NCBI GenBank assembly: GCA_964444815.1
Contig: CAYUIR010000001.1
Span: forward strand, 4,520-68,519
Origin: an uncultured Bdellovibrionales bacterium
Lineage (GTDB): Bacteria; Patescibacteriota; Minisyncoccia; Moranbacterales; UBA1568
Direction of reading: 5' to 3'
DNA: 64,000 bases
The stretch's first letter is position 1. Each line of letters starts with the position of its first letter. The notes under the pieces are model-generated. The model searched no databases. It was not told the origin of the DNA and saw only the letters and a list, made by a program, of their open reading frames with translations. Shown one piece after another: positions 1 through 9,065 of this stretch. Both the position numbers and the translations under genes were made by a program.

Positions 1-669
1 ATTTTCTGTGAGGGAGTGAGAGGCACCAGGGATGATGTGCTCCTGGTAGCTGTGGTAGTGAGCTCCAGCCTGGTGGTAGCTTTCGATTACCTGCGGGGGC
101 ATGTCATTGTCGAGCCCGCTTCCTACGATGAGCAGGTCACCTTTGAAGTCACTTTTACACATGCCAGATAGTGCGTAACTGTCTTCGGGGAGACGTGTTT
201 CCTCTCGCCACGTATGGAGCACTGGCCAACCCACAATCACCGCAGTGGGTTCTTCCCAGTAAACGTTTGGGTAGAGGGCAGGCGCCCGAAAGGCGAGGAG
301 CTTGAATGGTGCCGGCTGGCAGGCAAGTAGGTATGCACCATAGCTCGTGCCGAACGCACAGACTTGCTCGCGAGCAACGTCTGTTCGCTGATCGAGGTAG
401 TCGAGGGCGCACTGGATGTCCTCCAAGTGCTCTGGACGAGTCACCTTGGAGATATCTCCAGCCGAGCCTTGGTGGCCACGGAGCGAGAGTTGCATGGTGT
501 GGTAGCCGATTGACTGGAGCTTGAGCGCCAGGTTGAAGTACGTCGCGCTAGTGAAGTGGGTTGACTTCCAGCCGTGCACAATGAGCACGGCCGGCCGTCG
601 TCCCATGGCGGGCGTGTAACCGTCGGCGGGCGTAAATTGGAACGCCGCGCCAGTGGCGAGTTTTTGCAT
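1..669 (-). CDS. alpha/beta hydrolase (S9/dienelactone-hydrolase-like), 3'-partial: C-terminus runs off the window start
   Basis: I translated the minus strand by hand and found an open frame from ATG 669..667 with no stop before position 1. It reads MQKLATGAAFQFTPADGYTPAMGRRPAVLIVHGWKST...CAFGTSYGAYLL, with a GxSxG nucleophile elbow (GTSYG) and HGW oxyanion-type motif. GGAG sits upstream of the ATG. The gene is absent from the ORF track because it touches the window edge. Confidence 0.6.
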   Translation of the reverse strand, partial: MQKLATGAAFQFTPADGYTPAMGRRPAVLIVHGWKSTHFTSATYFNLALKLQSIGYHTMQLSLRGHQGSAGDISKVTRPEHLEDIQCALDYLDQRTDVAREQVCAFGTSYGAYLLACQPAPFKLLAFRAPALYPNVYWEEPTAVIVGWPVLHTWREETRLPEDSYALSGMCKSDFKGDLLIVGSGLDNDMPPQVIESYHQAGAHYHSYQEHIIPGASHSLTEN

Positions 670-865
670 GGTGATTTCTCCTTTGGACATGCAATTGAGG
701 AACGTTACGATAGCTCCCTTCTGTATCGCTTACTTCTCAGTATAGAGGAAAGGGGTGCACAGGAGAAATGTCGTAGAGCCAAGGAAGAAAAAAGCTAGTT
801 TTTAAGGGACCTAATATTATACATGCAAATTAAGAATTGTCAAGGAAGAAATATTTGATTTTTCT

Positions 866-894
866 TTGACGAGAGCCATTTTTTTGGATACTAT
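866..894 (+). promoter_or_regulatory. sigma70-like promoter upstream of proS (TTGACG, 17 nt spacer, TACTAT)
   Basis: -35 TTGACG at 866-871, 17 nt spacer, -10 TACTAT at 889-894, about 24 nt before the ATG at 918. Confidence 0.35.
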
Positions 895-917
895 GAGGGA
901 AAGTCTATCTCTACTCT

Positions 918-2153
918 ATGAAACAATCACACCTGTTTACCAAGACGAAAAAGGAGGCGCCCAAGGATGAAGTGAGCCGGAATGCCCAGCTCCTGATTCG
1001 CGCTGGCTATGTGTACAAAGTGATGGCAGGGGTCTATGCCTATACTCCGCTCGGACTACGGGTACTCGAAAAGATCAAAGCTATCGTCCGTGAGGAAATG
1101 AATGCTATCGGGGGTCAAGAGCTCATCATGACCAACCTGCAGCGGAAAGGCACTTGGGAAGTGACGGGGCGCTGGAGTGATGAAGTAGTCGACGTGTGGT
1201 TCAAGACCAAACTCCAAGATGGGGTCGAGCTCGGCCTCGCCTGGAGTCATGAGGAGGCGATCATGGAGATGATGCAGCAGTACGTCGAGAGCTACAAGGA
1301 TCTCCCTATTAGCGTCTATCAGTTTCAGACCAAACTCCGGAACGAACTGCGGGCAAAGAGTGGCATTATGCGCGGCCGTGAGTTTGTCATGAAAGACATG
1401 TACTCACTCCATGCGACCGAAGAGGACATGAATCAGTACTATGACCAGGTGATTGAGGCCTACAAAAGGATTTATGCACGATTTGGCATCGGTGATGAAA
1501 CATTTGTGACCTTTGCGAGTGGTGGCGCCTTTACCAAGTTCAGTCATGAGTTTCAGACGATTTGTAGTGCGGGTGAAGATGTGCTCTATGTGAATGCCGA
1601 CAAATCGGTAGCTGTGAACGAAGAGGTCCTCGATGATGCGACCAACGAACTCCATGTCGACAAAAGTACGCTCTCACCAGTCACGACGGCCGAAGTGGGG
1701 AATATTTTCAAATTTGGTACAGAGAAGAGTGACAAGATGAATGTCGTGTTTAAAGACAAAGAAGGAAAGCAACAGCCTATCTATCTGGCTTCCTATGGCA
1801 TCGGTATCACGCGCGTTATGGGCGTGATCGTGGAGAAGTTTGCTGATGAAGCAGGACTCGTGTGGCCGGAGAGTGTGGCGCCATTTCGGGTGCACCTCCT
1901 CTCGCTCGGGACCGATGAGAAAGCGAATGAAATCTATGAGGCTTTGACAGGGGCCGGTATCGAGGTTCTCTATGATGACCGGGAGACTCCCGCTGGGGCC
2001 AAGTTCGCCGAGAGTGATCTCCTCGGGCTCCCGTATCGTATCGTGATCGGCAAACGTTCACTCGAATCCGGCAAGGCTGAGGTGAAGAAGCGCACTGACA
2101 AAGAAGCAACCGAAGTGGCGTTCGAAGAACTGGTCGCATTTTTCAAACCATAG
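918..2153 (+). CDS. proS: proline--tRNA ligase (short form lacking the editing insertion)
   Basis: 411 aa. The class II aaRS core carries a ProRS-type N-terminus (KTKKEAPKDEVSRNAQLLIRAGYV...GLRVLEKIKAIVREEM). The C-terminal anticodon-binding domain reads HLLSLGTDEKANEIYEALTGAGIEVLYDDRETPAGAKFAESDLLGLPYRIVIG. Confidence 0.88.
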   Translation: MKQSHLFTKTKKEAPKDEVSRNAQLLIRAGYVYKVMAGVYAYTPLGLRVLEKIKAIVREEMNAIGGQELIMTNLQRKGTWEVTGRWSDEVVDVWFKTKLQDGVELGLAWSHEEAIMEMMQQYVESYKDLPISVYQFQTKLRNELRAKSGIMRGREFVMKDMYSLHATEEDMNQYYDQVIEAYKRIYARFGIGDETFVTFASGGAFTKFSHEFQTICSAGEDVLYVNADKSVAVNEEVLDDATNELHVDKSTLSPVTTAEVGNIFKFGTEKSDKMNVVFKDKEGKQQPIYLASYGIGITRVMGVIVEKFADEAGLVWPESVAPFRVHLLSLGTDEKANEIYEALTGAGIEVLYDDRETPAGAKFAESDLLGLPYRIVIGKRSLESGKAEVKKRTDKEATEVAFEELVAFFKP

Positions 2154-2156
2154 ACT

Positions 2157-2867
2157 ATGCCCAAAGCCTACCCCAAGAAAGAACGCATCATTGTCTCACT
2201 CGGTGGATCACTTCTTGTCCCAGAGAGTATCGATGCCGAGTTTGTCGCCAACTTCAAAAAGTTTATCGTATCTCACATCAAAAAGGGCTACCACTTTATC
2301 CTGGTTACGGGTGGTGGCAAGACCGCTCGCCGGTATATCGAGGCTGCTGGTCAGATCACCAAGATCACCGATGAAGACCGGGACTGGCTCGGTATCCACG
2401 CTACTCGCATGAACGCGCATCTCGTCCGTACTATTTTCCGTGAGTATGCTCATCCTCGGATTAACACCAACCCGCATGACTTGGAGGACTTTTACTCGGC
2501 ACCAGAGCCAATCCTCGTCGCCGCTGGGTGGCGTCCTGGGTTCTCGACTGACTTCGACGCGGTCGTAATCGGCAAGTATCTCGATGTGAAGAAGATTATC
2601 AACCTGTCGAATGTCGAACGGGTGTATGACAAGGATCCGCGTGTTCACGCTGACGCCACTCCGTATGATGCTATTGCCTGGAAAGACTTTCGTAAGATTG
2701 TCGGCAAGAAATGGAATCCAGGGATGAATGTACCGTTTGATCCGATTGCATCTCAGATGGCCGAGAAAGAGGGGATGGAAGTGGCGATCATGAACGGCGG
2801 CGACCTCACCAATGTGACGAACTATATTGCTGGGAAGAAATTTGTCGGTACGCTCATCAAAGACTAG
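2157..2867 (+). CDS. pyrH: UMP kinase, archaeal-type (amino-acid kinase family)
   Basis: 236 aa. Motifs IIVSLGGSLLVPE, ILVTGGGKTARRYIE and GIHATRMNAHL match archaeal-type uridylate kinase. Sits 3 nt after the proS stop. Confidence 0.75.
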   Translation: MPKAYPKKERIIVSLGGSLLVPESIDAEFVANFKKFIVSHIKKGYHFILVTGGGKTARRYIEAAGQITKITDEDRDWLGIHATRMNAHLVRTIFREYAHPRINTNPHDLEDFYSAPEPILVAAGWRPGFSTDFDAVVIGKYLDVKKIINLSNVERVYDKDPRVHADATPYDAIAWKDFRKIVGKKWNPGMNVPFDPIASQMAEKEGMEVAIMNGGDLTNVTNYIAGKKFVGTLIKD

Positions 2868-2905
2868 CGGACGATAGGAAAGACTAAGACGGTAACGCTT
2901 CTGAT

Positions 2906-3871
2906 ATGGATTCAGTGAAAAAAGTACTTCTAGCGAGTCCTCGGGGGTTTTGTGCGGGAGTCGCTCGGGCGGTCAAGGCAGTGGAGGACACAATCCAGAT
3001 CTTTGGGGCTCCGGTCTACGTGAAGCATGAGATCGTCCACAATAAATATGTGGTAGAGTCGCTCGAAAAAAAGGGTGCTATCACTATCGACTCGCTCAGT
3101 GAGGCACCCGAGGGAGCGGTCGTCGTTTTCTCAGCTCATGGCTCACCCAAGAGTCACTATGACGAGGCGCGTGCTCGTAAACAAAACCTGATCGATGCCA
3201 CCTGTCCACTCGTCACCAAGGTCCACCTCGAAGTCACGCGGTTTCTCCGTGATGGGTATACTATCGTCTATATCGGACACAAGGGCCATATCGAAGGTGT
3301 CGGTGTGCTCGGTGAAGCGCCCGAAGTGCATATCCCACTCATCGAGACGGTAGCGGATGTAGAGCGACTCGATATCGGACAACCAGAGAAGATGGTCTAT
3401 CTCACTCAGACGACGCTCTCGATCGATGATACTCGTGAAGTGATCTCGGCGCTCCAGGCCAAGTATCCTCAGATCATCGCGCCACCGCTTGAAGATATCT
3501 GTTATGCCACGACCAACCGCCAAGAAGCGGTGAAGGAGCTCGCCAAAGAGTGTGACCTGGTTCTCATCGTCGGCTCACGGTCTTCGTCCAATTCGACTCG
3601 GCTCATGGAAACAGCCAATGCCTGTGGTACTATCGCCTATCTCGTCGATGATGTGCATGATCTCGATTCGCGCTGGTTTCAGGGGGTCGAGGTGGTTGGG
3701 ATGAGTGCGGGTGCGAGTGCCCCGGAGCATCTCGTCCAGGCTATCGTCTCGCATATCACCGCTCTGGGAGCCATCGTCGAGGATCTGGTCGTCAAACCAG
3801 AAACGATGAAATTTGCCGAGCCACTCGAGCTCATGAAAATCCGAGCCACTCTCCCCAAACCTGCACTCTAA
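2906..3871 (+). CDS. ispH: 4-hydroxy-3-methylbut-2-enyl diphosphate reductase
   Basis: 321 aa. The N-terminal LASPRGFCAGVARAVKAVE signature is present, with conserved Cys positions typical of IspH/LytB. Confidence 0.9.
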   Translation: MDSVKKVLLASPRGFCAGVARAVKAVEDTIQIFGAPVYVKHEIVHNKYVVESLEKKGAITIDSLSEAPEGAVVVFSAHGSPKSHYDEARARKQNLIDATCPLVTKVHLEVTRFLRDGYTIVYIGHKGHIEGVGVLGEAPEVHIPLIETVADVERLDIGQPEKMVYLTQTTLSIDDTREVISALQAKYPQIIAPPLEDICYATTNRQEAVKELAKECDLVLIVGSRSSSNSTRLMETANACGTIAYLVDDVHDLDSRWFQGVEVVGMSAGASAPEHLVQAIVSHITALGAIVEDLVVKPETMKFAEPLELMKIRATLPKPAL

Positions 3872-3878
3872 AACCACT

Positions 3879-4247
3879 ATGACTCTCTCGAAGAAGCCAA
3901 TTATGACGGAAGTGGGCGTGGTGGTGGAGGGCACTCATCAGGCTACGGGGACGGGGTTTCCGACGGCCAATATCGCGTATACGGATGCTGACATAGCGGG
4001 AACGTATGCCGGGAGCGTCAGAGTCGGTGAGGAGGAGTATCACGCGGCTATCTATGCCAACCAGAAGCGGATGGTGCTTGAGGCCTACCTCTTTGATTTC
4101 TCAGGAGATCTCTACGGAAAGCAGATCACCATGATACTTTGGGAGCGGATGGCCGAGGATCAGACGTTTCAGGGTCTCCAGGATGAAAAGAGCTTTATCG
4201 ATTGGGCCGTGAAAGAAGTCGAACAATATTTTAATCGAGAAGAATAG
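3879..4247 (+). CDS. monofunctional riboflavin kinase (flavokinase domain only)
   Basis: 122 aa. GVVVEGTHQATGTGFPTANI and EAYLFDFSGDLYGKQI match the RibF C-terminal flavokinase domain. No FAD-synthetase domain is present. Confidence 0.7.
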   Translation: MTLSKKPIMTEVGVVVEGTHQATGTGFPTANIAYTDADIAGTYAGSVRVGEEEYHAAIYANQKRMVLEAYLFDFSGDLYGKQITMILWERMAEDQTFQGLQDEKSFIDWAVKEVEQYFNREE

Positions 4248-4248
4248 C

Positions 4249-4845
4249 ATGTTTACTGGGATTATCCAATCGGTCATGCCAGTCCTCTCGGTGGCTGCGA
4301 AAGAGGCTTGTCTCGTCGTGCGCCTCAAAAAACCCAAAGGTTGGAAACTGGTATTGGGGCAAAGTATCACTGTCGACGGTATCTGTTCGACGGTCACGCG
4401 ACTGGGCGCATCGTTTTTTGAGGTGGAATATATGCCGGAGACGCTCGCCAAGACCACGGCCGGGGATTTTACCGATGGACGATGGGTCAATCTGGAGCGC
4501 TCCCTCACCCTTCGGGACTACATCGATGGTCACTTGGTCTCGGGACATGTCGATGCCCGTGGTAAGACCACCCGGGTTGTGAGTGAAGACAATACTAAGC
4601 GTATCAGTATCGAAGTGCCAAAGGTCCTTCAAAAATATATCGCCAAAAAGGGATCGATCACGGTGAACGGTATCAGCCTCACGGTGGCCGATATCCAAAA
4701 GAATGTCTTCACTGTTGCCCTTATCCCATACACCCTCGAACATACCAACCTGGGCTTGCTCGAAAAGGGAGATGCTGTCAATGTGGAGATAGACACGGTC
4801 GCTCGCTATGTGGAGCGGATGCTCGGAAAAGATAAAGATAACTAA
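4249..4845 (+). CDS. ribE: riboflavin synthase alpha chain
   Basis: 198 aa. Begins MFTGIIQ, with two lumazine-binding repeats and a second GHLVSGHVD motif. Confidence 0.85.
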   Translation: MFTGIIQSVMPVLSVAAKEACLVVRLKKPKGWKLVLGQSITVDGICSTVTRLGASFFEVEYMPETLAKTTAGDFTDGRWVNLERSLTLRDYIDGHLVSGHVDARGKTTRVVSEDNTKRISIEVPKVLQKYIAKKGSITVNGISLTVADIQKNVFTVALIPYTLEHTNLGLLEKGDAVNVEIDTVARYVERMLGKDKDN

Positions 4846-4851
4846 ACACCT

Positions 4852-5310
4852 ATGCAACGAAAAGACGTCAAGAAGCAGGCGGGTAAAGATGGATCAAAAC
4901 TCAAAATCGGTATTGTGGTGTCGACCTACTACGATGACATCACGGGTCGGATGCTCGCGGGAGCACTCCAGACACTCAAGGAGTGGAAGGTGACCGAAAA
5001 GAATACAACGGTTGTCCGGGTGGCCGGGAGTTTTGAAATTACCTATGGTGTCTTGTCGCTCCTCAAAAGGAAGAAATATGATGCCATCATCACGCTTGGG
5101 TGTATCGTGAAAGGCGAGACCAGTCATGATGAATTCATCGCTCATGCAGTGGCACAGGGGATCGTACAGCTCATGGTAGCCTACAAAACACCGATTTCTT
5201 TTGGAGTGGTGACGACCAACGATCTGCCACAGGCGGTGGTGCGCTCGACCGGCCAGAACAACAAGGGTGTCGAGTCAGCACTCGCCGCTCTCGAAGCTGC
5301 GCTCCTTTAG
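4852..5310 (+). CDS. ribH: 6,7-dimethyl-8-ribityllumazine synthase
   Basis: 152 aa. VAGSFEIT and GCIVKGETSHDEFIAHAVAQG motifs are present. Confidence 0.88.
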   Translation: MQRKDVKKQAGKDGSKLKIGIVVSTYYDDITGRMLAGALQTLKEWKVTEKNTTVVRVAGSFEITYGVLSLLKRKKYDAIITLGCIVKGETSHDEFIAHAVAQGIVQLMVAYKTPISFGVVTTNDLPQAVVRSTGQNNKGVESALAALEAALL

Positions 5311-5325
5311 GATAGAATTTGTATC

Positions 5326-6468
5326 TTGGTAACTATGCGTATAGCAGTTCAGGCGTCGGATCTCGATCATCGTCGCATCGATGGGACGCGAGTGTACCTC
5401 CGGGAGCTCTTGAAGCGTTTCGGTGAGCTCTCACCAGAGACGGACCTCACTCTCTATCACAAGGGTGAATTCAATCCGGTCCTGGCCCCGCCTGAAGCAT
5501 CCAATTATACCGCCGTATCACTGCCATTTCCACATGCCTGGATGCAGACTCGTTTTGCACTTGAGCTGTACCTCAATCGTCCGGACAAGTTGTTTCTCCC
5601 GATTCAAGCCGCTCCGATTCTCATGCCAGGGTCCGTGGAAGTGACAGCCACGATCCATGACCTTGCCTTCAAGCGCTTTCCAGAGACGTTCCCAAAGAGA
5701 GATTTGTGGAAGCTCAACTTTATGCTCGAGACGGCCGTGAAGCGGGCCGATAAGCTGATAGCCGTGTCAGAGTCGACCAAGCATGATCTCCTTGAATTCT
5801 TCCCGTCGCTCGCGGAGTCGCGGGTGCGCGTTATCCATCATGGCTTTGATGCAGAATTTTTCGGTGAGCGTGTTGGAGATGAGGTGTTGAACCCCTTACT
5901 AAGAAGCTATAACCTAAAAGCTAAAAGCTACGTATTGTACGTCGGCGCTCTCCAGCCGCGGAAGAACCTGGTCCGACTCATCGAGGCCTTTGGGGCGATG
6001 AAGCAATCGGTGCCAGAGGCCAAGCTCGTCCTCGCAGGGGAGGAGGCATGGCTCGCCGAGACGATTACTGATGCCTGGGAACAGAGTCTGTACCGTGATG
6101 ACATTGTCCTCCCGGGACGGGTATCGTTTGAGACGCTACGCGCACTCTATCAGGGGGCGCGGATATTTGCTTTTCCGTCGCTCTACGAGGGTTTTGGACT
6201 GCCGATACTCGAAGCCTTCGCTTCGGGCATTCCGGTCCTTACGGCCGAGAATTCAAGCTTGAGTGAGGTCGCAGGGGACGTCGCGCTCTACTGTCAGGCC
6301 ACTGATACTGCCGATATGGCAACCAAACTGGAAATGCTCTGGCGAGATGAGGCTCTTCGTGAGTCCTTGGTCGCTCGGGGGACTGCTCGTCTGACACAAT
6401 TTTCCTGGGACCGTTGTGCCCGTGAGACGTTAGATTATATCCTTGACAAAAACTCAAATTTGTCCTAG
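5326..6468 (+). CDS. glycosyltransferase family 4 (GT-B fold)
   Basis: 380 aa. The C-terminal EGFGLPILEAFASGIPVLT motif is the GT4 E-x7-E signature. Confidence 0.85.
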   Translation: MVTMRIAVQASDLDHRRIDGTRVYLRELLKRFGELSPETDLTLYHKGEFNPVLAPPEASNYTAVSLPFPHAWMQTRFALELYLNRPDKLFLPIQAAPILMPGSVEVTATIHDLAFKRFPETFPKRDLWKLNFMLETAVKRADKLIAVSESTKHDLLEFFPSLAESRVRVIHHGFDAEFFGERVGDEVLNPLLRSYNLKAKSYVLYVGALQPRKNLVRLIEAFGAMKQSVPEAKLVLAGEEAWLAETITDAWEQSLYRDDIVLPGRVSFETLRALYQGARIFAFPSLYEGFGLPILEAFASGIPVLTAENSSLSEVAGDVALYCQATDTADMATKLEMLWRDEALRESLVARGTARLTQFSWDRCARETLDYILDKNSNLS

Positions 6469-6528
6469 AGTATCAGGATAGATTTGGTACCTTTTCGCCG
6501 GTAAACGGCATCAACCGAGGAGCAGATC

Positions 6529-6858
6529 ATGAGTAAGGATGTCCCGGGGCTCTTTCAAGAAGCCCAGGGCTTGGCGGCCACACTGCGCGGTGTGACTGAA
6601 GCGAAGGCATTGGTCGATCTGCTGGTCCCACAAGATCAGTCGGCGACTCTGGATCGTCTGAAGAAGCGGGATCGCTTCCATCCGGGAGTGTGGCCGACGG
6701 ACAATGTCGCACTCTTGTTGTTCACCAAATACGTGAGTCAGCTCCGTGCCATGGTGAACCAATGCCAACTGGATCAGAACGTTTCACCTATTGGCATGGA
6801 ACTTGCCGGCATTTACCTGGCATCAACTCTGCCCCGTGATGGTGGGCAGGTGGTCTGA
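6529..6858 (+). CDS. hypothetical protein
   Basis: 109 aa ORF with GAGGAG 5 nt upstream of the ATG. No recognisable domain. Confidence 0.4.
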   Translation: MSKDVPGLFQEAQGLAATLRGVTEAKALVDLLVPQDQSATLDRLKKRDRFHPGVWPTDNVALLLFTKYVSQLRAMVNQCQLDQNVSPIGMELAGIYLASTLPRDGGQVV

Positions 6859-7009
6859 CGAGCATCGCATTGAGGTGCTGACGTTTGCGGTGAGGTCGAA
6901 CGACCCACCGCTTTTTTCTTGCCAGCGTTGTTCGAGAACGACGTGGCTTGCAAATCTGATTATTCTGTGTCACAATACCTCTGCCGAAAACGGCATTTTT
7001 GTTTACCCT

Positions 7010-8467
7010 ATGGCAAAGGACAACGTTGTTCTCAGATTTGATAAGGTGTCGTTTGAATACGGACACAAGAAACCCATCTTAGATGAGGTGAGTTTCAGTT
7101 TGCGCGTGGGTTCCAAGATCACTCTCATGGGTCAGAATGGGGCCGGCAAGAGCTCACTCTTTAAGCTCATTACCCGTGAGGAACAGCCTCAGGCCGGACG
7201 GATCTCGATTGACCGGGACGCCGTCGTGGCTATCGGGCGCCAGACCATTCCGCGTGACCAGCTTGATTTGACCGTCGAAGAATACTTCCAGCAGTTTTTT
7301 CATGAGAAGCAGTGGAACCTCGCGAAGCACATCGCCGATGTCCTCGAGGTAGTCAATCTCCCCATGCCACCACTTGATAAGAAGATCCGTCAGTTTAGCG
7401 GTGGTCAGCAGGCACGCTTGCTCCTCGCCTCGGCCCTGATCCAGGATCCAGATATCCTCCTCCTCGATGAACCGACCAACAACCTCGACTACGCTGGTAT
7501 CTCACACCTGACCCAGTTTCTCATTGATTACAAAAAGACGGTCATCGTTATCTCGCACGATGCCGAATTCTTGAACGCCTTTACGGAGGGCGTGTTTTAT
7601 CTCGATATCTTTACCCACCAGATCGAACAGTATACCGGCAACTACTATGACGTGGTAGAGGAGATCGCCAAGCGCATCGCCAAGGCCCAGAGTGAAAACG
7701 TCCGACTCGAACGCACGATCCAGGAGAAAAAAGATCAGGCCAACGTCTTTGCCAACAAGGGAGGCAAGCTCCGTGCTGTCGCGAAACGGATGCGCACCCT
7801 CGCCGAAGAACTCGAGGAAAACAAAGTCGACGTCCGGCAGGAAGACAAGACGCTCTCGGCCTTCGAAATCCCTACTCATGGTATCGTCGGACCGATTGTG
7901 AATATCAAGACCGTGTCGGTACTCGGTGAATTCGGGCCAAATATCAAGCGCGTGGACATGGTCCTCAAGAAAAACACGCACCTCGTCGTCTCCGGGCCAA
8001 ATGGTATCGGCAAGTCGACGTTTCTCGAGGAGCTCGCCACTGGCAACACAGAACGGGCCGAGATTACGCCCGGGGTCAAGGTTGGCTACTATCGTCAGGA
8101 TTTTTCGACTTTGGATTTCAACAAGACCGTAGCAGAAACACTCCTTGATTCACTCCCAGAGAAGAACATCGAGCTCGCCTACAAGGTGGCGACCAAGTTT
8201 CTCGTGCCGGCCGAACTCCTTCAGAATAAGGTAGAGAGTCTCTCAGAGGGTCAAAAGGGTCTCCTCATGTTTGCTTGTCTCTATGCCGAAAAGCCCGATC
8301 TCCTTATCCTCGATGAACCGACCAACCATATCAACTTTCGTCACCTGCCAGTAATCGCTGAGGCCCTCGATAAGTATCAGGGTGCCATGATTCTCGTCTC
8401 TCACGTCCCGGACTTTGTCGCTCAGATTCGCATCGATGAGGTGCTTGATTTGGAGTCTTTGAGCTAG
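7010..8467 (+). CDS. ABC-F family ATPase (two ABC domains, no transmembrane region)
   Basis: Two sets of Walker A (GQNGAGKSS, GPNGIGKST), signature (FSGGQQARL, LSEGQKGLL) and Walker B (LLLDEPTN, LILDEPTN) motifs with a linker. The start was moved to MAKDNVV at 7010. The 73-codon upstream extension in the ORF track is not convincing. Confidence 0.85.
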   Translation: MAKDNVVLRFDKVSFEYGHKKPILDEVSFSLRVGSKITLMGQNGAGKSSLFKLITREEQPQAGRISIDRDAVVAIGRQTIPRDQLDLTVEEYFQQFFHEKQWNLAKHIADVLEVVNLPMPPLDKKIRQFSGGQQARLLLASALIQDPDILLLDEPTNNLDYAGISHLTQFLIDYKKTVIVISHDAEFLNAFTEGVFYLDIFTHQIEQYTGNYYDVVEEIAKRIAKAQSENVRLERTIQEKKDQANVFANKGGKLRAVAKRMRTLAEELEENKVDVRQEDKTLSAFEIPTHGIVGPIVNIKTVSVLGEFGPNIKRVDMVLKKNTHLVVSGPNGIGKSTFLEELATGNTERAEITPGVKVGYYRQDFSTLDFNKTVAETLLDSLPEKNIELAYKVATKFLVPAELLQNKVESLSEGQKGLLMFACLYAEKPDLLILDEPTNHINFRHLPVIAEALDKYQGAMILVSHVPDFVAQIRIDEVLDLESLS

Positions 8468-8471
8468 GGGT

Positions 8472-8557
8472 GTTTCTTTCGACCGTTACCGGTACGCTCC
8501 CTCCAGAGGCGGGCAGGCATCATGGATGTGACCGACGGCACCCGAGAAAGAAAAAAC
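8472..8557 (+). repeat. conserved intergenic motif, copy A (core ACGCTCCCTCCAGAGGCGGGCAGGCATCA...ATGTGACCG...CACCCG.AGAAAGAAAAAA)
   Basis: Identical core 29-mer plus 9-mer, 6-mer and 12-mer blocks are shared with copy C (62913-62997). Flanked by GTTTCTTTCG / CGAGAAAGAAA, which could form a closing stem. Confidence 0.6.
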
Positions 8558-8595
8558 AAATCTTCTCCTCATCTGCGAAATGCGAAACAATTTTC

Positions 8596-8628
8596 AAAAC
8601 ACAGAAATTCGCATCTCTGTGTTTTTGT
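8596..8628. terminator. bidirectional rho-independent terminator between convergent genes
   Basis: Hairpin AAAACACAGA-loop-TCTGTGTTTT with T-runs on both strands. Lies between the ABC-F stop (8467) and the minus-strand gene stop (8633). Confidence 0.5.
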
Positions 8629-8632
8629 AATA

Positions 8633-9055
8633 CTATTTTTCTTCAAAAAAGAGTTGCCAGAAGAGGTAGCCGGCAATGAGAAACAAGAGAATGATGAGAG
8701 GGATACTGAGTGGAGGGAATTTGATGAGGGAGACGACGAGGATGGAGGTACCCCAGAGGAGAGCGAGTACCAAGAGGGGATGACGAGGAGTGATGGTGAG
8801 GGGAAATGAGAGACCCAGGAATCGACCGAGGGCGGTGATGAGAAGGGTGAAGACCACAAGCACGAGGAGGAACAGTGCGAGACTAAAACGGACCGTGACA
8901 AAGGTCGGGAGGAGGGTCTCGACGGTAAAGAGCCCCAGGAAATAGAGGTAGCCGATGACGAGGGCCTCGGTCGCGAGGGCATAGAGTACCTGGAGGAGGC
9001 CAGTCTCTTTAGAGTGACGGAGTCTAGAAACGAATTGCTGGTAGAGAAATTGCAT
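8633..9055 (-). CDS. hypothetical small integral membrane protein (4 predicted TM helices)
   Basis: Hydrophobic 140-148 aa product. Start chosen at MQFLYQ (9055), 11 nt after the upstream stop; the alternative start is 9079. Confidence 0.5.
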   Translation of the reverse strand: MQFLYQQFVSRLRHSKETGLLQVLYALATEALVIGYLYFLGLFTVETLLPTFVTVRFSLALFLLVLVVFTLLITALGRFLGLSFPLTITPRHPLLVLALLWGTSILVVSLIKFPPLSIPLIILLFLIAGYLFWQLFFEEK

Positions 9056-9065
9056 AGACGGATAT

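Noticed and set aside
6975-6998. Short GCCG-AAAA-CGGC hairpin followed by a T-run just upstream of the ABC-F start
   Set aside because: The stem is only 4 bp, too weak to call a terminator. It may be incidental.
6791-7009. 73-codon N-terminal extension of the ABC-F ORF
   Set aside because: The extension overlaps the upstream hypothetical gene and is Cys/Trp-rich. The conserved ABC-F N-terminus begins at MAKDNVV (7010).
8472-8557. Possibility that the repeated motif is SRP (4.5S) RNA, tmRNA or a tRNA
   Set aside because: It has no domain IV GGAA/AGCAGC motif, no tRNA T-loop (GTTCRANYC) and no tmRNA tag-reading frame. Three copies per 64 kb is also inconsistent with those single-copy genes.
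8569-8982. Ser/Pro-rich 137 aa ORF, and similar S-rich ORFs at 10566-10970 and 53485-53919
   Set aside because: These are antisense shadow ORFs inside GC-skewed membrane-protein genes. Their low-complexity composition is typical of the reverse frames of hydrophobic proteins.
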